A stretch of DNA of 64,000 nt from Alphaproteobacteria bacterium (GTDB lineage Bacteria > Pseudomonadota > Alphaproteobacteria > RF32 > CAG-239), in the NCBI GenBank assembly GCA_045111335.1, contig JBGUGE010000002.1:1032-65031 (forward strand), in the 5' to 3' direction. A program made the translations under genes and the position numbers. This document shows, piece after piece, positions 18,870 to 28,030 of this stretch. Each line of letters opens with the position of its first letter. Position 1 is the first letter of the stretch. The notes below the pieces were generated by a model. That model did not search any database. It worked only from the letters and a program-made list of their open reading frames with translations, and was not told the origin of the DNA.

Positions 18870-19218
18870 CTATATTCGCGGAAAATTTGCCGAGTTTGTG
18901 GCTCGCAACTATATGCGTCTGCACGGATTTCGAATCGTGGCGCGCAATTATGTGACGGGGCGCGGCACCACGGCCGGCGAAATCGATTTTATAGCCAAGC
19001 GCGGCAAGCTGTTGGTTTTTGCCGAAGTCAAACAGCGTGCCACACTGGATACGGCCGCCTATGCCATAAGCCAAAATCAGCAACAACGCCTGATTCGCGG
19101 TGCCAAAAGTTTTATGAAAAATAATCCGCAGTATCAGGGTTTTGATTTGCGTTTTGATGCCATTTTGATTGCCTTGCCGTTCGGGTTGCGGCATATTACG
19201 AACGCATGGGGAGAATAA
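18862..19218 (+). CDS. yraN: YraN family (UPF0102) endonuclease
   Basis: GEIDFIAK...LVFAEVK motifs. Likely start at MNNYIRG, overlapping the rsmI stop. Confidence 0.7.
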   Translation: MNNYIRGKFAEFVARNYMRLHGFRIVARNYVTGRGTTAGEIDFIAKRGKLLVFAEVKQRATLDTAAYAISQNQQQRLIRGAKSFMKNNPQYQGFDLRFDAILIALPFGLRHITNAWGE

Positions 19219-19306
19219 AACTGCGTAAAATCCATATTTTTGCTTGCAATCCGCGTTTTTGCGTGGTATTCATAATGGCGTGGTTCTATTTTTTGGGAGC
19301 AGGAAA

Positions 19307-19648
19307 ATGATTGAAATGCCGCAAAATTTGGTTGAAATGGCGCTCAAAACCATGGGAGACCGCTGGAAAGTCATGATTATTCAGGAATTGATGGACGGCA
19401 CCAAACGCTTTGGCGAAATCAAAAAAGAACTGGGCGATATTACGCAAAAGGTTCTGACTGCAAACCTGCGCGCACTGGAAGAAAAGGGAATTCTTATTCG
19501 CACGGTTTACGCGCAAATTCCGCCAAAAGTCGAATATACGCTGACCAACTTGGGTTATAACCTGAAGCCGGTTTTGGATTCGATGCGTCAATGGGCGGAG
19601 GAGTATTATAATCAAAACGTTAAAAATCTGATGCCGAATCTGGCCTGA
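19307..19648 (+). CDS. HxlR family transcriptional regulator
   Basis: Winged-helix RWKVMIIQELMDGTKRFGEIKK...VEYTLTNLG. GGAG RBS before the internal ATG. Confidence 0.7.
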   Translation: MIEMPQNLVEMALKTMGDRWKVMIIQELMDGTKRFGEIKKELGDITQKVLTANLRALEEKGILIRTVYAQIPPKVEYTLTNLGYNLKPVLDSMRQWAEEYYNQNVKNLMPNLA

Positions 19649-19673
19649 ACAATTTGTGAGATTTAAAATAAGG

Positions 19674-19716
19674 AATCCCGCACTTGGTTTAGAAGTGCGG
19701 GATTTACTTTTTTCCC
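19674..19716. terminator. bidirectional Rho-independent terminator
   Basis: aatcccgcactt / agtgcgggatt hairpin plus T-run. Between convergent genes. Confidence 0.6.
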
Positions 19717-19747
19717 TTCGTCACCCTCGGGTGTCGTTGGGGATGTC

Positions 19748-20290
19748 TTAGTCTCTGTTTAAGATTCTGTTATTTTCGTCTAACAACAGAATGGCCTGCA
19801 CGGGGCTTGGCGATATGGTGAACGTATCCGTAATGGGTACGTTTCTTTCCACCGTACGCGGATACATCTGTATCACGTAGGTTTCGCCCCCTACATACCC
19901 ATACATTACGTGCTGCCCGAGTTTAACTTTTTCCCAGGCAACGTCTGTGTCCTCATAGTTGAGGCCGGAACCCATAACTACGAGGTACTTACCATTGTCC
20001 TTTTTCTCGATGGACTGCACGTCGGTGACGACGTACTGTACAGAGTCCTTATGGACCACGGTAATGCACTGAGCCTTGCTACCATCGTAGATGGCAAGGA
20101 GGTAATTCTCCACGCCACCCTTTTTCATATCGTCATAGACGAATTGGGTGACGAGGAGCTGCTGCGCTCCTGCAGAGACCTTGAACGACATCGCGTTTAC
20201 ACGCGAAATGTCGTCAATTTCAAAAAATTTCTGCGCGTTTGCGCTCATGGCGCACAATACGCAGATTAAGAAAAATGCAATTTTCTTCAT
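19748..20290 (-). CDS. secreted protein, unknown function (compositionally atypical)
   Basis: Signal peptide MKKIAFFLICVLCAMSANA. Higher GC and different codon usage than neighbours. Confidence 0.5.
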   Translation of the reverse strand: MKKIAFFLICVLCAMSANAQKFFEIDDISRVNAMSFKVSAGAQQLLVTQFVYDDMKKGGVENYLLAIYDGSKAQCITVVHKDSVQYVVTDVQSIEKKDNGKYLVVMGSGLNYEDTDVAWEKVKLGQHVMYGYVGGETYVIQMYPRTVERNVPITDTFTISPSPVQAILLLDENNRILNRD

Positions 20291-20692
20291 AACTGTAACA
20301 ATGTTTTGTCGGTGCGGATGACCTTTGTCTTTTTGCTAAACATAACCGATTGATTAACCGCATCCGCTTTCATACTTCGAGCTACTACACCGAGGAAACT
20401 ATAGTCCTTAGGCCGATCGAAAAGAGAAAGATGTTGGATTTGGTTTTATCAACTGTTATATGTTCGGTAAGCTGACGAGATGCACCCACACAAGGTGAAT
20501 ATATAATTTTTCCTTTTTTTCACACAAAAAGTGGCAGCTATGAAGAACATTTTTCATTTTTCAATAAAAATTTCCACAATAGCTACCACAATACTTATTT
20601 TTCTGGAAGTATAATAACACAAACATTTGGGAATTGCAATATCTTTTTTGTCGAAAGTGCAAAAAAATCTTGATACAGCCGTAATTTGCCGA

Positions 20693-21682
20693 TTAGAGCC
20701 TAACAATCAGATCGGCAACCTCGGCCGCGGCATTTAAAACTGCCGGAGAATCGGATGGCAAAGTAGTTTCATCACCTAAAACAGAGGCGTATTTTTTAGC
20801 TATGAGTGATTGGGCAAAGCGCTTATGTTTTGGGGTAAGCCAATGGTCGCCGCCGACAAACAAATACAGCGGCTGGCCGCTACCGGTAGCCTCACAGCAC
20901 ATTGAAACCGAATCGGCGGTAATCACGATATTATCGGCACAAGCCAAAAATCCGGCATACGGGTTTGCACCTTCGGCGCCCCAGTAATACGGGTATTGCG
21001 GAATATCTTTTAAGGCGTTTTTGATGATTTTTTCGGCCTCGCTGCCGGTGCGGCGTGAGGTGGTTATCAGAATCGAGCCGCCGATTTTTTGTTTGAGCCG
21101 CTTAATGCCGTTGCACAATTCCTCCACATCTTGTTGCGGAAACGGTTTGCCTTTAATCGAGCCGCCGATAATTACCGCCGTCAAAGGCTTGGGTAAGTCG
21201 GCAAATTTTTGAGCCCATTCGGCGCGTGCCGCGGCTAAATATTCGGCGGTAATGCGGTGCGGACAGCCCACAATATAGCGGATATTGTCGCAATGTTTTT
21301 TGTTTTTATCGTGTTCCGGCACCACCACCAGATCAAACTCGCGCAAACCGGCGTTGCCGGCGTGCATCAGCTGAATGATTTTGGTGGATGGAGATTTTTT
21401 CTTGATATAGCGGGCAATCGGTGCGGTGCGGCGACTTACCGACAACACATAATCGGGAAACGGTGGCACGATTTGGCTTTTGCTGGCGGCACTGATGCCT
21501 AAAAGCGAGCGGCCGCGAATCCAGTTGGGAAGCGCCGATAACTTGGTATATTCTATGCTTTTTTCAACAATTTCGAAGTTATCCGGCAACGCATTTAATA
21601 CCCCCAACGCCTGGTTGACGCTACCGCGGCGGTTATCCATCAAACTCCAAATTGTTTTCTTCATCTTCTGCCTCGCAAACAT
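20693..21682 (-). CDS. ELM1/DUF1022 family (mitochondrial fission ELM1-like glycosyltransferase-fold) protein
   Basis: N-terminus IWSLMDNRRGSVNQALGVLNAL resembles the ELM1 family start. ~330 aa. Confidence 0.4.
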   Translation of the reverse strand: MFARQKMKKTIWSLMDNRRGSVNQALGVLNALPDNFEIVEKSIEYTKLSALPNWIRGRSLLGISAASKSQIVPPFPDYVLSVSRRTAPIARYIKKKSPSTKIIQLMHAGNAGLREFDLVVVPEHDKNKKHCDNIRYIVGCPHRITAEYLAAARAEWAQKFADLPKPLTAVIIGGSIKGKPFPQQDVEELCNGIKRLKQKIGGSILITTSRRTGSEAEKIIKNALKDIPQYPYYWGAEGANPYAGFLACADNIVITADSVSMCCEATGSGQPLYLFVGGDHWLTPKHKRFAQSLIAKKYASVLGDETTLPSDSPAVLNAAAEVADLIVRL

Positions 21683-21822
21683 TATTTGTGTTCAATATAT
21701 GATATCTCAAAAATATGGCAAGAATTTTTTGTCGCGGCTTGGGCAAAACGCCGTTAAGTAATCCTTAACCCCTTATGGCGTATAGTCTTTTATAAATAAT
21801 TCATAAGACAAAGAGAGGAATT

Positions 21823-22194
21823 ATGAAAAAGGTTGTTTTTATTGCATTGGCTGCCGTATTGTGCAGTTCCTGTCTGGCTCGACCGGAAGCCGAAGTTGCA
21901 CCGAAGCCGGAAGCGGCAAATATAGATGCATCGCAGGTTTATACCTATACGCCGGGGAGCGTTACGGTGGCGGACGCGGATTTTTATCGCAGTAACATTG
22001 TTGTTAAGACAATGGGCGATGATTATGTTATTTATGAGTACGTAGATATTCGCGTGGATAAGGTTGCAACGTTGGCTGCGCAATATTGCTATGAAACAAA
22101 TCCGGGCACGAGTGCTTATTTGCGCGATATTTATTTGCAGAAAAATCATAAAAGACGCGCGACTTTTGACTGCATCGACCTTGCAACCCGTTAA
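21823..22194 (+). CDS. lipoprotein, unknown function
   Basis: Lipobox AAVLCSSC. 123 aa. Confidence 0.5.
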   Translation: MKKVVFIALAAVLCSSCLARPEAEVAPKPEAANIDASQVYTYTPGSVTVADADFYRSNIVVKTMGDDYVIYEYVDIRVDKVATLAAQYCYETNPGTSAYLRDIYLQKNHKRRATFDCIDLATR

Positions 22195-22232
22195 AAATAT
22201 CCCTATATATTTTTAATAGGGAGTAAACGGTT

Positions 22233-23165
22233 ATGGCAAAGGACTTATATCAGGTTTTGGGCGTGAGCAAAACAGCATCGGAGGCCGAGATTAAATCGGC
22301 TTACCGCAAGCTTGCTCGCAAATATCATCCGGATTTAAACAAAGATGATAAAACCGCGGCAGAAAAATTTAAGGAAGTTTCAAACGCTTACGATATTATC
22401 GGTAATGCCGAAAAGCGCAAAAAATACGACAATAACGAAATTGATGCCGATGGCAAGCCGACGGGGTTCGGTGCCGGTTTCGGCGGTGGAAATGCCGGCG
22501 GATATGACTTCAGCGGCGGTAATCCGTTTGGCGGATTTAATCGCGGTGAAGGCGGTTTCGGCGGAGCACAGGGATTCGACTTCTCTTCAATTTTCGGCGA
22601 CGATATCTTTTCGCAATTTACCGGCGGAGCGCGTGGCGGTCGATCGACCGCACGCAAAGGACAGAATGTTTCGTATAATATGAACGTTGACTTTTTAGAT
22701 GCGGCGCGCGGAGTTGAAAAACAGGTCAATTTGGGCGGTAAAAGCGTGAATGTGAAAATTCCGGCCGGAACACAAAGCGGTCAGACATTGCGCTTGAAAG
22801 GTATGGGCAATGCCGGCATAAACGGCGGAGCCAACGGCGATGTGCTGATTACGATTAATGTGGGTGAACATCCGTATTTTAAGGCGGATAATCTGAATAT
22901 TTTGTTGGATTTGCCGATTTCGGTGGTGGAAGCGGTACAAGGTGCCAAAATTACGGTTCCGACCATTAATGGTAAGGTGATGGTGAAGGTACCGCCGATG
23001 TCGTCAAGCGGCGAAAAATTGCGCCTCAAAGGGCAGGGAATTAAAGCCAAGTCCGGACAAGGTGATGAAATCGTAACCTTGCAGATTATGTTGCCGCACA
23101 ACAAAGATGAAAAATTGACGGAGGCAATGGATAAAGTAACCAATTATGCCGTGAGGAGTTTTTAA
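22233..23165 (+). CDS. cbpA: curved-DNA-binding protein CbpA-type DnaJ homologue (J domain, no Zn finger)
   Basis: J domain [33 protein letters not shown]. Gly-rich linker. DnaJ C-terminal domains. No CxxCxGxG repeats. Confidence 0.7.
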   Translation: MAKDLYQVLGVSKTASEAEIKSAYRKLARKYHPDLNKDDKTAAEKFKEVSNAYDIIGNAEKRKKYDNNEIDADGKPTGFGAGFGGGNAGGYDFSGGNPFGGFNRGEGGFGGAQGFDFSSIFGDDIFSQFTGGARGGRSTARKGQNVSYNMNVDFLDAARGVEKQVNLGGKSVNVKIPAGTQSGQTLRLKGMGNAGINGGANGDVLITINVGEHPYFKADNLNILLDLPISVVEAVQGAKITVPTINGKVMVKVPPMSSSGEKLRLKGQGIKAKSGQGDEIVTLQIMLPHNKDEKLTEAMDKVTNYAVRSF

Positions 23166-23728
23166 TGCTGTTGGAAACACTGAAAGAATTTGACTGGATG
23201 AACGAACCGCAACGCGTGCGCTTTGATGAAGACGGAATGCACGTTGCCGCCAAATATCGTACTGATTTTTGGTGTTGTGCGCGCTACGGGTTCAAAAAAG
23301 ACGACGGTCACTTTTTCTTCAGTTATGTTTTGGGTGATTTTTGTTGCGATTTGGATTGGAGTTGTGAAACACCGGGAGTGTTTGACCAATGCGGGGTGAT
23401 GGTACGCACCGATGTCAATAACTGGTTTAAGGCGGCGATTATGTATGAAGACGAAAATACACCGATGTTGGCGACTTCGCTGACTAACGGCGGATTTTCC
23501 GATTTGGCGACGATTCCGCTGCCGCCGGGGGTAACGCATATCTGGTATCGCCTGAAAAAGAAAAAAGGTTGCTATATTGCCAGTTATTCGCTTGATGGGC
23601 AGAATTATGTGCAGCTGCGCAAATTTTATTTGCTAAATGACAGCGACGAAATGAAGGTCGGGGCATATATTTGCTCGCCGCAACACGACGACTTTGAGGC
23701 GGTGTTGCACGGTCTGACGCTCGCTTAA
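23165..23728 (+). CDS. DUF1349-like (concanavalin-fold) protein
   Basis: FDWMNEP...TDFW...YGF pattern. 187 aa. Start overlaps the cbpA stop. Confidence 0.35.
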   Translation: MLLETLKEFDWMNEPQRVRFDEDGMHVAAKYRTDFWCCARYGFKKDDGHFFFSYVLGDFCCDLDWSCETPGVFDQCGVMVRTDVNNWFKAAIMYEDENTPMLATSLTNGGFSDLATIPLPPGVTHIWYRLKKKKGCYIASYSLDGQNYVQLRKFYLLNDSDEMKVGAYICSPQHDDFEAVLHGLTLA

Positions 23729-23791
23729 GATAGTTTGCTTTAAAATGAGAAAGCTCTCTGAACCTTGCGGTATCAGGGAGCTTTCCTTTTT

Positions 23792-24238
23792 TTAGAATCC
23801 AGTTGAATAATCATTACCATCGCTGATAGTGTCATTCTTCTGGGTGTTCTGCTGAGTGTTTTTTGCAGCGGCATGAGCCGACTGAGTATACTTATGCCCA
23901 GTTGAGTCCGGACGATAAGAAGACTTAGCAGCGGCATTTGTTGATGCTGCCAGAATTCTCTTAAGAGAAGCCATCTTCGACATCTCAAAAGCTAATTCCT
24001 GACCAAAGCCGATAAAGTCGCTTCCATAATACTGGCGGCGCACTTTTACGGCATCAGCAATGGCCAGTGGTAGCATTTTGCCGCACTGTACATGCTGGCC
24101 AAATGGCACAACATCTACAGCTACCTTAATACCACCGTAGAAGGTGATATAAGATGAGTTCACATTTTCAATGAACTGGGCCTTTGCTACTGAAACACTC
24201 ATTAAGACGAGAACTAAAATTACCATATACTTCTTCAT
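23792..24238 (-). CDS. secreted protein, unknown function
   Basis: Signal peptide MKKYMVILVLVLMSVSVAKA. Confidence 0.5.
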   Translation of the reverse strand: MKKYMVILVLVLMSVSVAKAQFIENVNSSYITFYGGIKVAVDVVPFGQHVQCGKMLPLAIADAVKVRRQYYGSDFIGFGQELAFEMSKMASLKRILAASTNAAAKSSYRPDSTGHKYTQSAHAAAKNTQQNTQKNDTISDGNDYSTGF

Positions 24239-24841
24239 CTTATTATTTTTTTAACTCACAAGGTTTGTTGCGGTATTTTTCAAGCACTTTTTGATTATTC
24301 CTTTCCGAAAAAACTGAGTTTTAACGGGCAGTTCATGTATTAAAATACAATCCCCCTATACATTGCAAAACAATGCTCGATATGATTCTCGTTGGTCATA
24401 CCGATCGGCTATAATCTAAACATACTTTACTCAATAAAACTCCACAACCTTACTTGCTACGTCATTAACTTTCTATTGAAAAACTTAGGGCTCGTACATA
24501 AATGAACTTCTTAATGAAATCCAACCGTATCAAATATATCATGTCATCAATCCGAATCGCTAATAAAATCCGAAACAACAAACATTCAAATATTCTAAAC
24601 GTTATACGAGTTGGTCTATGTTTTCAAAAGAAAGAAAATAATTCATATTTACATCCTTAAAACATAATCCCTAAGTTTAACAAGCTCAGTATAACCTATT
24701 TTTTGCAAAAATTCAAGTATAAAATGACAAATTTTGTCTATTTATATAGCATTATTTTAGTCACAGTCTGAAAATTTGTGTTGTAATCTCGGATAAAAAA
24801 CGTATAATTTGCCAAGGTTTAATTTTATTAAGGCAAAGAAG

Positions 24842-26122
24842 ATGTTGGATATTAAATTTATTGCAGATAATACCGATTGGGTAAAACAAAGCTTGGGCCG
24901 CAAAGGTTTTCCGGCAGAAAAAGTTGATGAGCTGTTGAATGTGTTTTATGAAATGAATAAGCTCAAAACGTCATCGCAGGCATTGGCAGAAGAAAAAAAT
25001 AAACTCAGCAATTCAATTAAGTCCGCATCAAATGAGGAGCGTCCGGCGATTATTGCCAAGAGTAAGGCTGTGGGCGAGCAGTTTAAGGCCGAGCAGGAAA
25101 AATTGGCGGTTTTGGAAGCGCAGTTTAATGATATGATGCTCAGAATGCCGAACTATCCGAGTGCCGAAAGTCCGGACGGACCGGATGATAGTGCCAACGT
25201 GGTGCGCCGCAAAGTAGGCGAGATTCCGCATTTTGATTTTGAACCGAAAGACCATATTGAGTTGATGGAAATTAATGATTGGAGCGAAATGGAGCGAATC
25301 GCCAAAGTTTCCGGCTCGCGCACTTATGCCATTAAAAACGATTTGGCGCAATTGGAGCTGGCTATTCATATGTTGGTTATGGATAAGCTGCGGGAGCATG
25401 GTTTTACGCTGATTACGGTACCGGCACTTTCAAAAGAAAAGCCGCTGTATAATCAGGGCTATCTGCCGTTTGCGCGTGATGAAATTTATTATATGCCGGC
25501 AGATGATATTTATCTTTCGGGTACGGCGGAGCTGATTTTGAACTCGCTCAGAGCCGATGAAATGCTGACCGAGGCTGATTTACCGGTATTGTATGCCGGA
25601 TTTTCTCCGTGTTTTCGCCGCGAAGCCGGTGCCGCCGGAAAAGATACTCGCGGTTTGGTGCGGGTACACCAGTTCTTCAAAACCGAGCAATTTGTGATTT
25701 GCAAAAATGATATGGCGGAAAGCGAAAAATGGCATAAAAAGTTGCTCGAAATTTCGGAAGAAGTTTTGCAGGATTTAGAGTTGCCGTATCAGGTTTTGGA
25801 AGTTTGCACCGGAGATATGGGTGCGCCGAAATATCGGCAGTATGATTTGGAGGCGTGGGTGCCGTCGCAGAATTGCTATCGCGAAACGCACTCTTGCTCG
25901 AATATTACCGAATGGCAGGCCAGACGCACTAATTTGCGCTATCGCGGCAACGACGGCAAGGTACGTTTTTGCCACACATTGAACAATACCGGTATTGCCA
26001 CTCCGCGGGCGCTTGTGCCGTTTATCGAGAATCATCAGCAAGCCGATGGTACGGTACGGATTCCGGAAAAGTTGCAACCATATTTGGGCGGTAAAAAATT
26101 CATAGGTAAAAATGCAAAATAA
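24842..26122 (+). CDS. serS: seryl-tRNA synthetase
   Basis: MLDIKFI N-terminus. Coiled-coil arm. Class II motifs (FRRE, GTGLA-like). The track ORF starts 11 codons upstream. Confidence 0.85.
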   Translation: MLDIKFIADNTDWVKQSLGRKGFPAEKVDELLNVFYEMNKLKTSSQALAEEKNKLSNSIKSASNEERPAIIAKSKAVGEQFKAEQEKLAVLEAQFNDMMLRMPNYPSAESPDGPDDSANVVRRKVGEIPHFDFEPKDHIELMEINDWSEMERIAKVSGSRTYAIKNDLAQLELAIHMLVMDKLREHGFTLITVPALSKEKPLYNQGYLPFARDEIYYMPADDIYLSGTAELILNSLRADEMLTEADLPVLYAGFSPCFRREAGAAGKDTRGLVRVHQFFKTEQFVICKNDMAESEKWHKKLLEISEEVLQDLELPYQVLEVCTGDMGAPKYRQYDLEAWVPSQNCYRETHSCSNITEWQARRTNLRYRGNDGKVRFCHTLNNTGIATPRALVPFIENHQQADGTVRIPEKLQPYLGGKKFIGKNAK

Positions 26123-26738
26123 AATCGCGCAAATCCTCGAATTTATGAAAATTTTAGACAAGGTCTGCCTCGTTAAACGGGCGACCTTGCTTTCTGACGG
26201 CAGCAGCGAAACCGACTCGTCACACAGCTTTAAGTTAGCATGGCTGTTGATGATGGTGTATCCGTACTTAAAGCATAAATACAATTACACACGTTTGCTC
26301 GAACTGGCGCTGATACACGATATTGCCGAGGCCGAAACCGGTGATTGTCCAAAGGCGGTACAGCGGGCAAATCCGGAGGCAAAGAAGCTTAAAGATGCTC
26401 AGGAGTTGGCGGCTATGGCAAAATATAAAGATATGTTGCCGACTGAGCTTGGCGGGCGAATCTATGATTTGTGGCGCGAATATGAAGATAAAAAAACGCC
26501 GGAATCGCGATTGGTGACCGCGCTTGATAAAATTGACGCCAATTTGCAGGCAAATCAGCATAAAAACGGCGATGTGCGCTATTGGCTCGAATGCGAAAAC
26601 GGAGCGCAGTATTTAACGATTAATACCGAAAAAAAGCAGGTGGTGGCAGTGTTGGATGAGCCGATAATTGAAAAACTGGAAGATGCCGTGATTGCGCTTA
26701 CATTGGCGAATCTTGAAAAATGCGGTATCAAAATGTGA
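26112..26738 (+). CDS. HD-domain hydrolase, YfbR-like 5'-deoxynucleotidase family
   Basis: SETDSSHS ... LALIHDIAEAETGD motifs. Overlaps the serS stop. Confidence 0.6.
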   Translation: MQNKIAQILEFMKILDKVCLVKRATLLSDGSSETDSSHSFKLAWLLMMVYPYLKHKYNYTRLLELALIHDIAEAETGDCPKAVQRANPEAKKLKDAQELAAMAKYKDMLPTELGGRIYDLWREYEDKKTPESRLVTALDKIDANLQANQHKNGDVRYWLECENGAQYLTINTEKKQVVAVLDEPIIEKLEDAVIALTLANLEKCGIKM

Positions 26739-26758
26739 GCAACCGACGGGTATGAGCC

Positions 26759-28030
26759 ATGCTGATTACAACGCGCCGCAAAATAAAAAAATGGATTGTT
26801 CGCCTGATATGGCTCGGAGTTTTGGCGTTTGCGGTGTGGGCAAATTATAATCGATTTTATCACAACAACTATGCCAATTATGAAAAAGCGGTTGATTACG
26901 GTCGGGTGCGTGAAAAAAAGGAAACAATCAATCCGGTTATTGCGGCGGTTTTTTATCAGGGAAAATCGGCTGAAAATAAGTCGCTCTCCAGTTATTTGAG
27001 CCACTGGGATAATCGCCGGCTTCAAAATCCGAAAATGTTGGCGGTTCCGACTCAAATTACGCCGGAAAGCCGTCGTGTAATCGAAAAGCTTTATAAAGAA
27101 ACAGCCGAAAACGCAACAATCGACAGGGTGCTGTTGGTTTACGGACAATCGGCAGATGAGAAATTGCATCGGCAAATTTTGCGACAACATTTTAACGGAG
27201 CCGAAGTAAAATGTTTTGCGGCGGCAGAAAATGAAACAAATTTGGAAGCAGCAATCGAAAAGGCGCTTAACAGGGATAAAACCTTGGTTGTTGTGGCAGT
27301 AGACCTGAATAATGCGGAGAGCAACAAATATTTGGCAGATGAGCTGATTTATTCCGCTCAGCGCCATTTTTATAAAATTCGCATTTTTGACGAAGTGGAT
27401 ACCCAGTTGGCGCGGGCGCTGGAGGATAATTACGCTTCATGGTTTGAGACCGAAACCGACGACGGGCGAAATGAGTTGCGGCGTCAGCAAAAGAATTTGG
27501 CGGCTTATAAAAAACATTACGGCAACGATATTGTGCGCTATTTTATGCAAAATCTTAATTTGGCGGAAGATGAGGAACCGGTGTGGCCGGAAAAAAACGC
27601 GGAAACCTATCGGCTGTTTGATCGCGGCACCGTTTATATCAGATTTTTCGGCTCCGGTGATAAAGAAATGTTTTCGCGAGCCAAAATCGGCAAAAATAAG
27701 GGGATTATCGTGGCGGTGATTGAGTTGGCTCGCAAGGCCGTGTTTAAGCTGAAACAGCCGATAAAATCATATAAAATATACTTTTTGACTGATTTTGAAA
27801 AAATTGAAAAAGCGGCAAATGAACCGCTGATTAATTATTTGGAAACCGATGATGGTGTATATGTGCAATATCGCGGGCGTAAAGCCCTGATGGCCGCAGA
27901 CGAGCGTCCCGATGAAGAAGATATATTAGCGGCGGCTTTGCGGAGTCGTGCCAAAATACCCGATTCGGAGTCGGATTCGAAAATAGAGTTTTATCGGTTT
28001 AAAACAGTGGAGATTGAAAATGAAAATTAA
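26759..28030 (+). CDS. membrane-anchored protein, unknown function
   Basis: N-terminal TM helix. 423 aa. Translationally coupled to neighbours. Confidence 0.45.
   Translation: MLITTRRKIKKWIVRLIWLGVLAFAVWANYNRFYHNNYANYEKAVDYGRVREKKETINPVIAAVFYQGKSAENKSLSSYLSHWDNRRLQNPKMLAVPTQITPESRRVIEKLYKETAENATIDRVLLVYGQSADEKLHRQILRQHFNGAEVKCFAAAENETNLEAAIEKALNRDKTLVVVAVDLNNAESNKYLADELIYSAQRHFYKIRIFDEVDTQLARALEDNYASWFETETDDGRNELRRQQKNLAAYKKHYGNDIVRYFMQNLNLAEDEEPVWPEKNAETYRLFDRGTVYIRFFGSGDKEMFSRAKIGKNKGIIVAVIELARKAVFKLKQPIKSYKIYFLTDFEKIEKAANEPLINYLETDDGVYVQYRGRKALMAADERPDEEDILAAALRSRAKIPDSESDSKIEFYRFKTVEIENEN

Noticed and set aside
20291-20692. Possible tRNA or sRNA gene in the 400-bp spacer
   Set aside because: No cloverleaf could be folded by eye (no GTTCGAATC-type T-arm with matching acceptor stem). 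Left as an unexplained spacer.
24809-24841. 11-codon extension of serS
   Set aside because: The canonical SerS N-terminus MLDIKFI begins at 24842.
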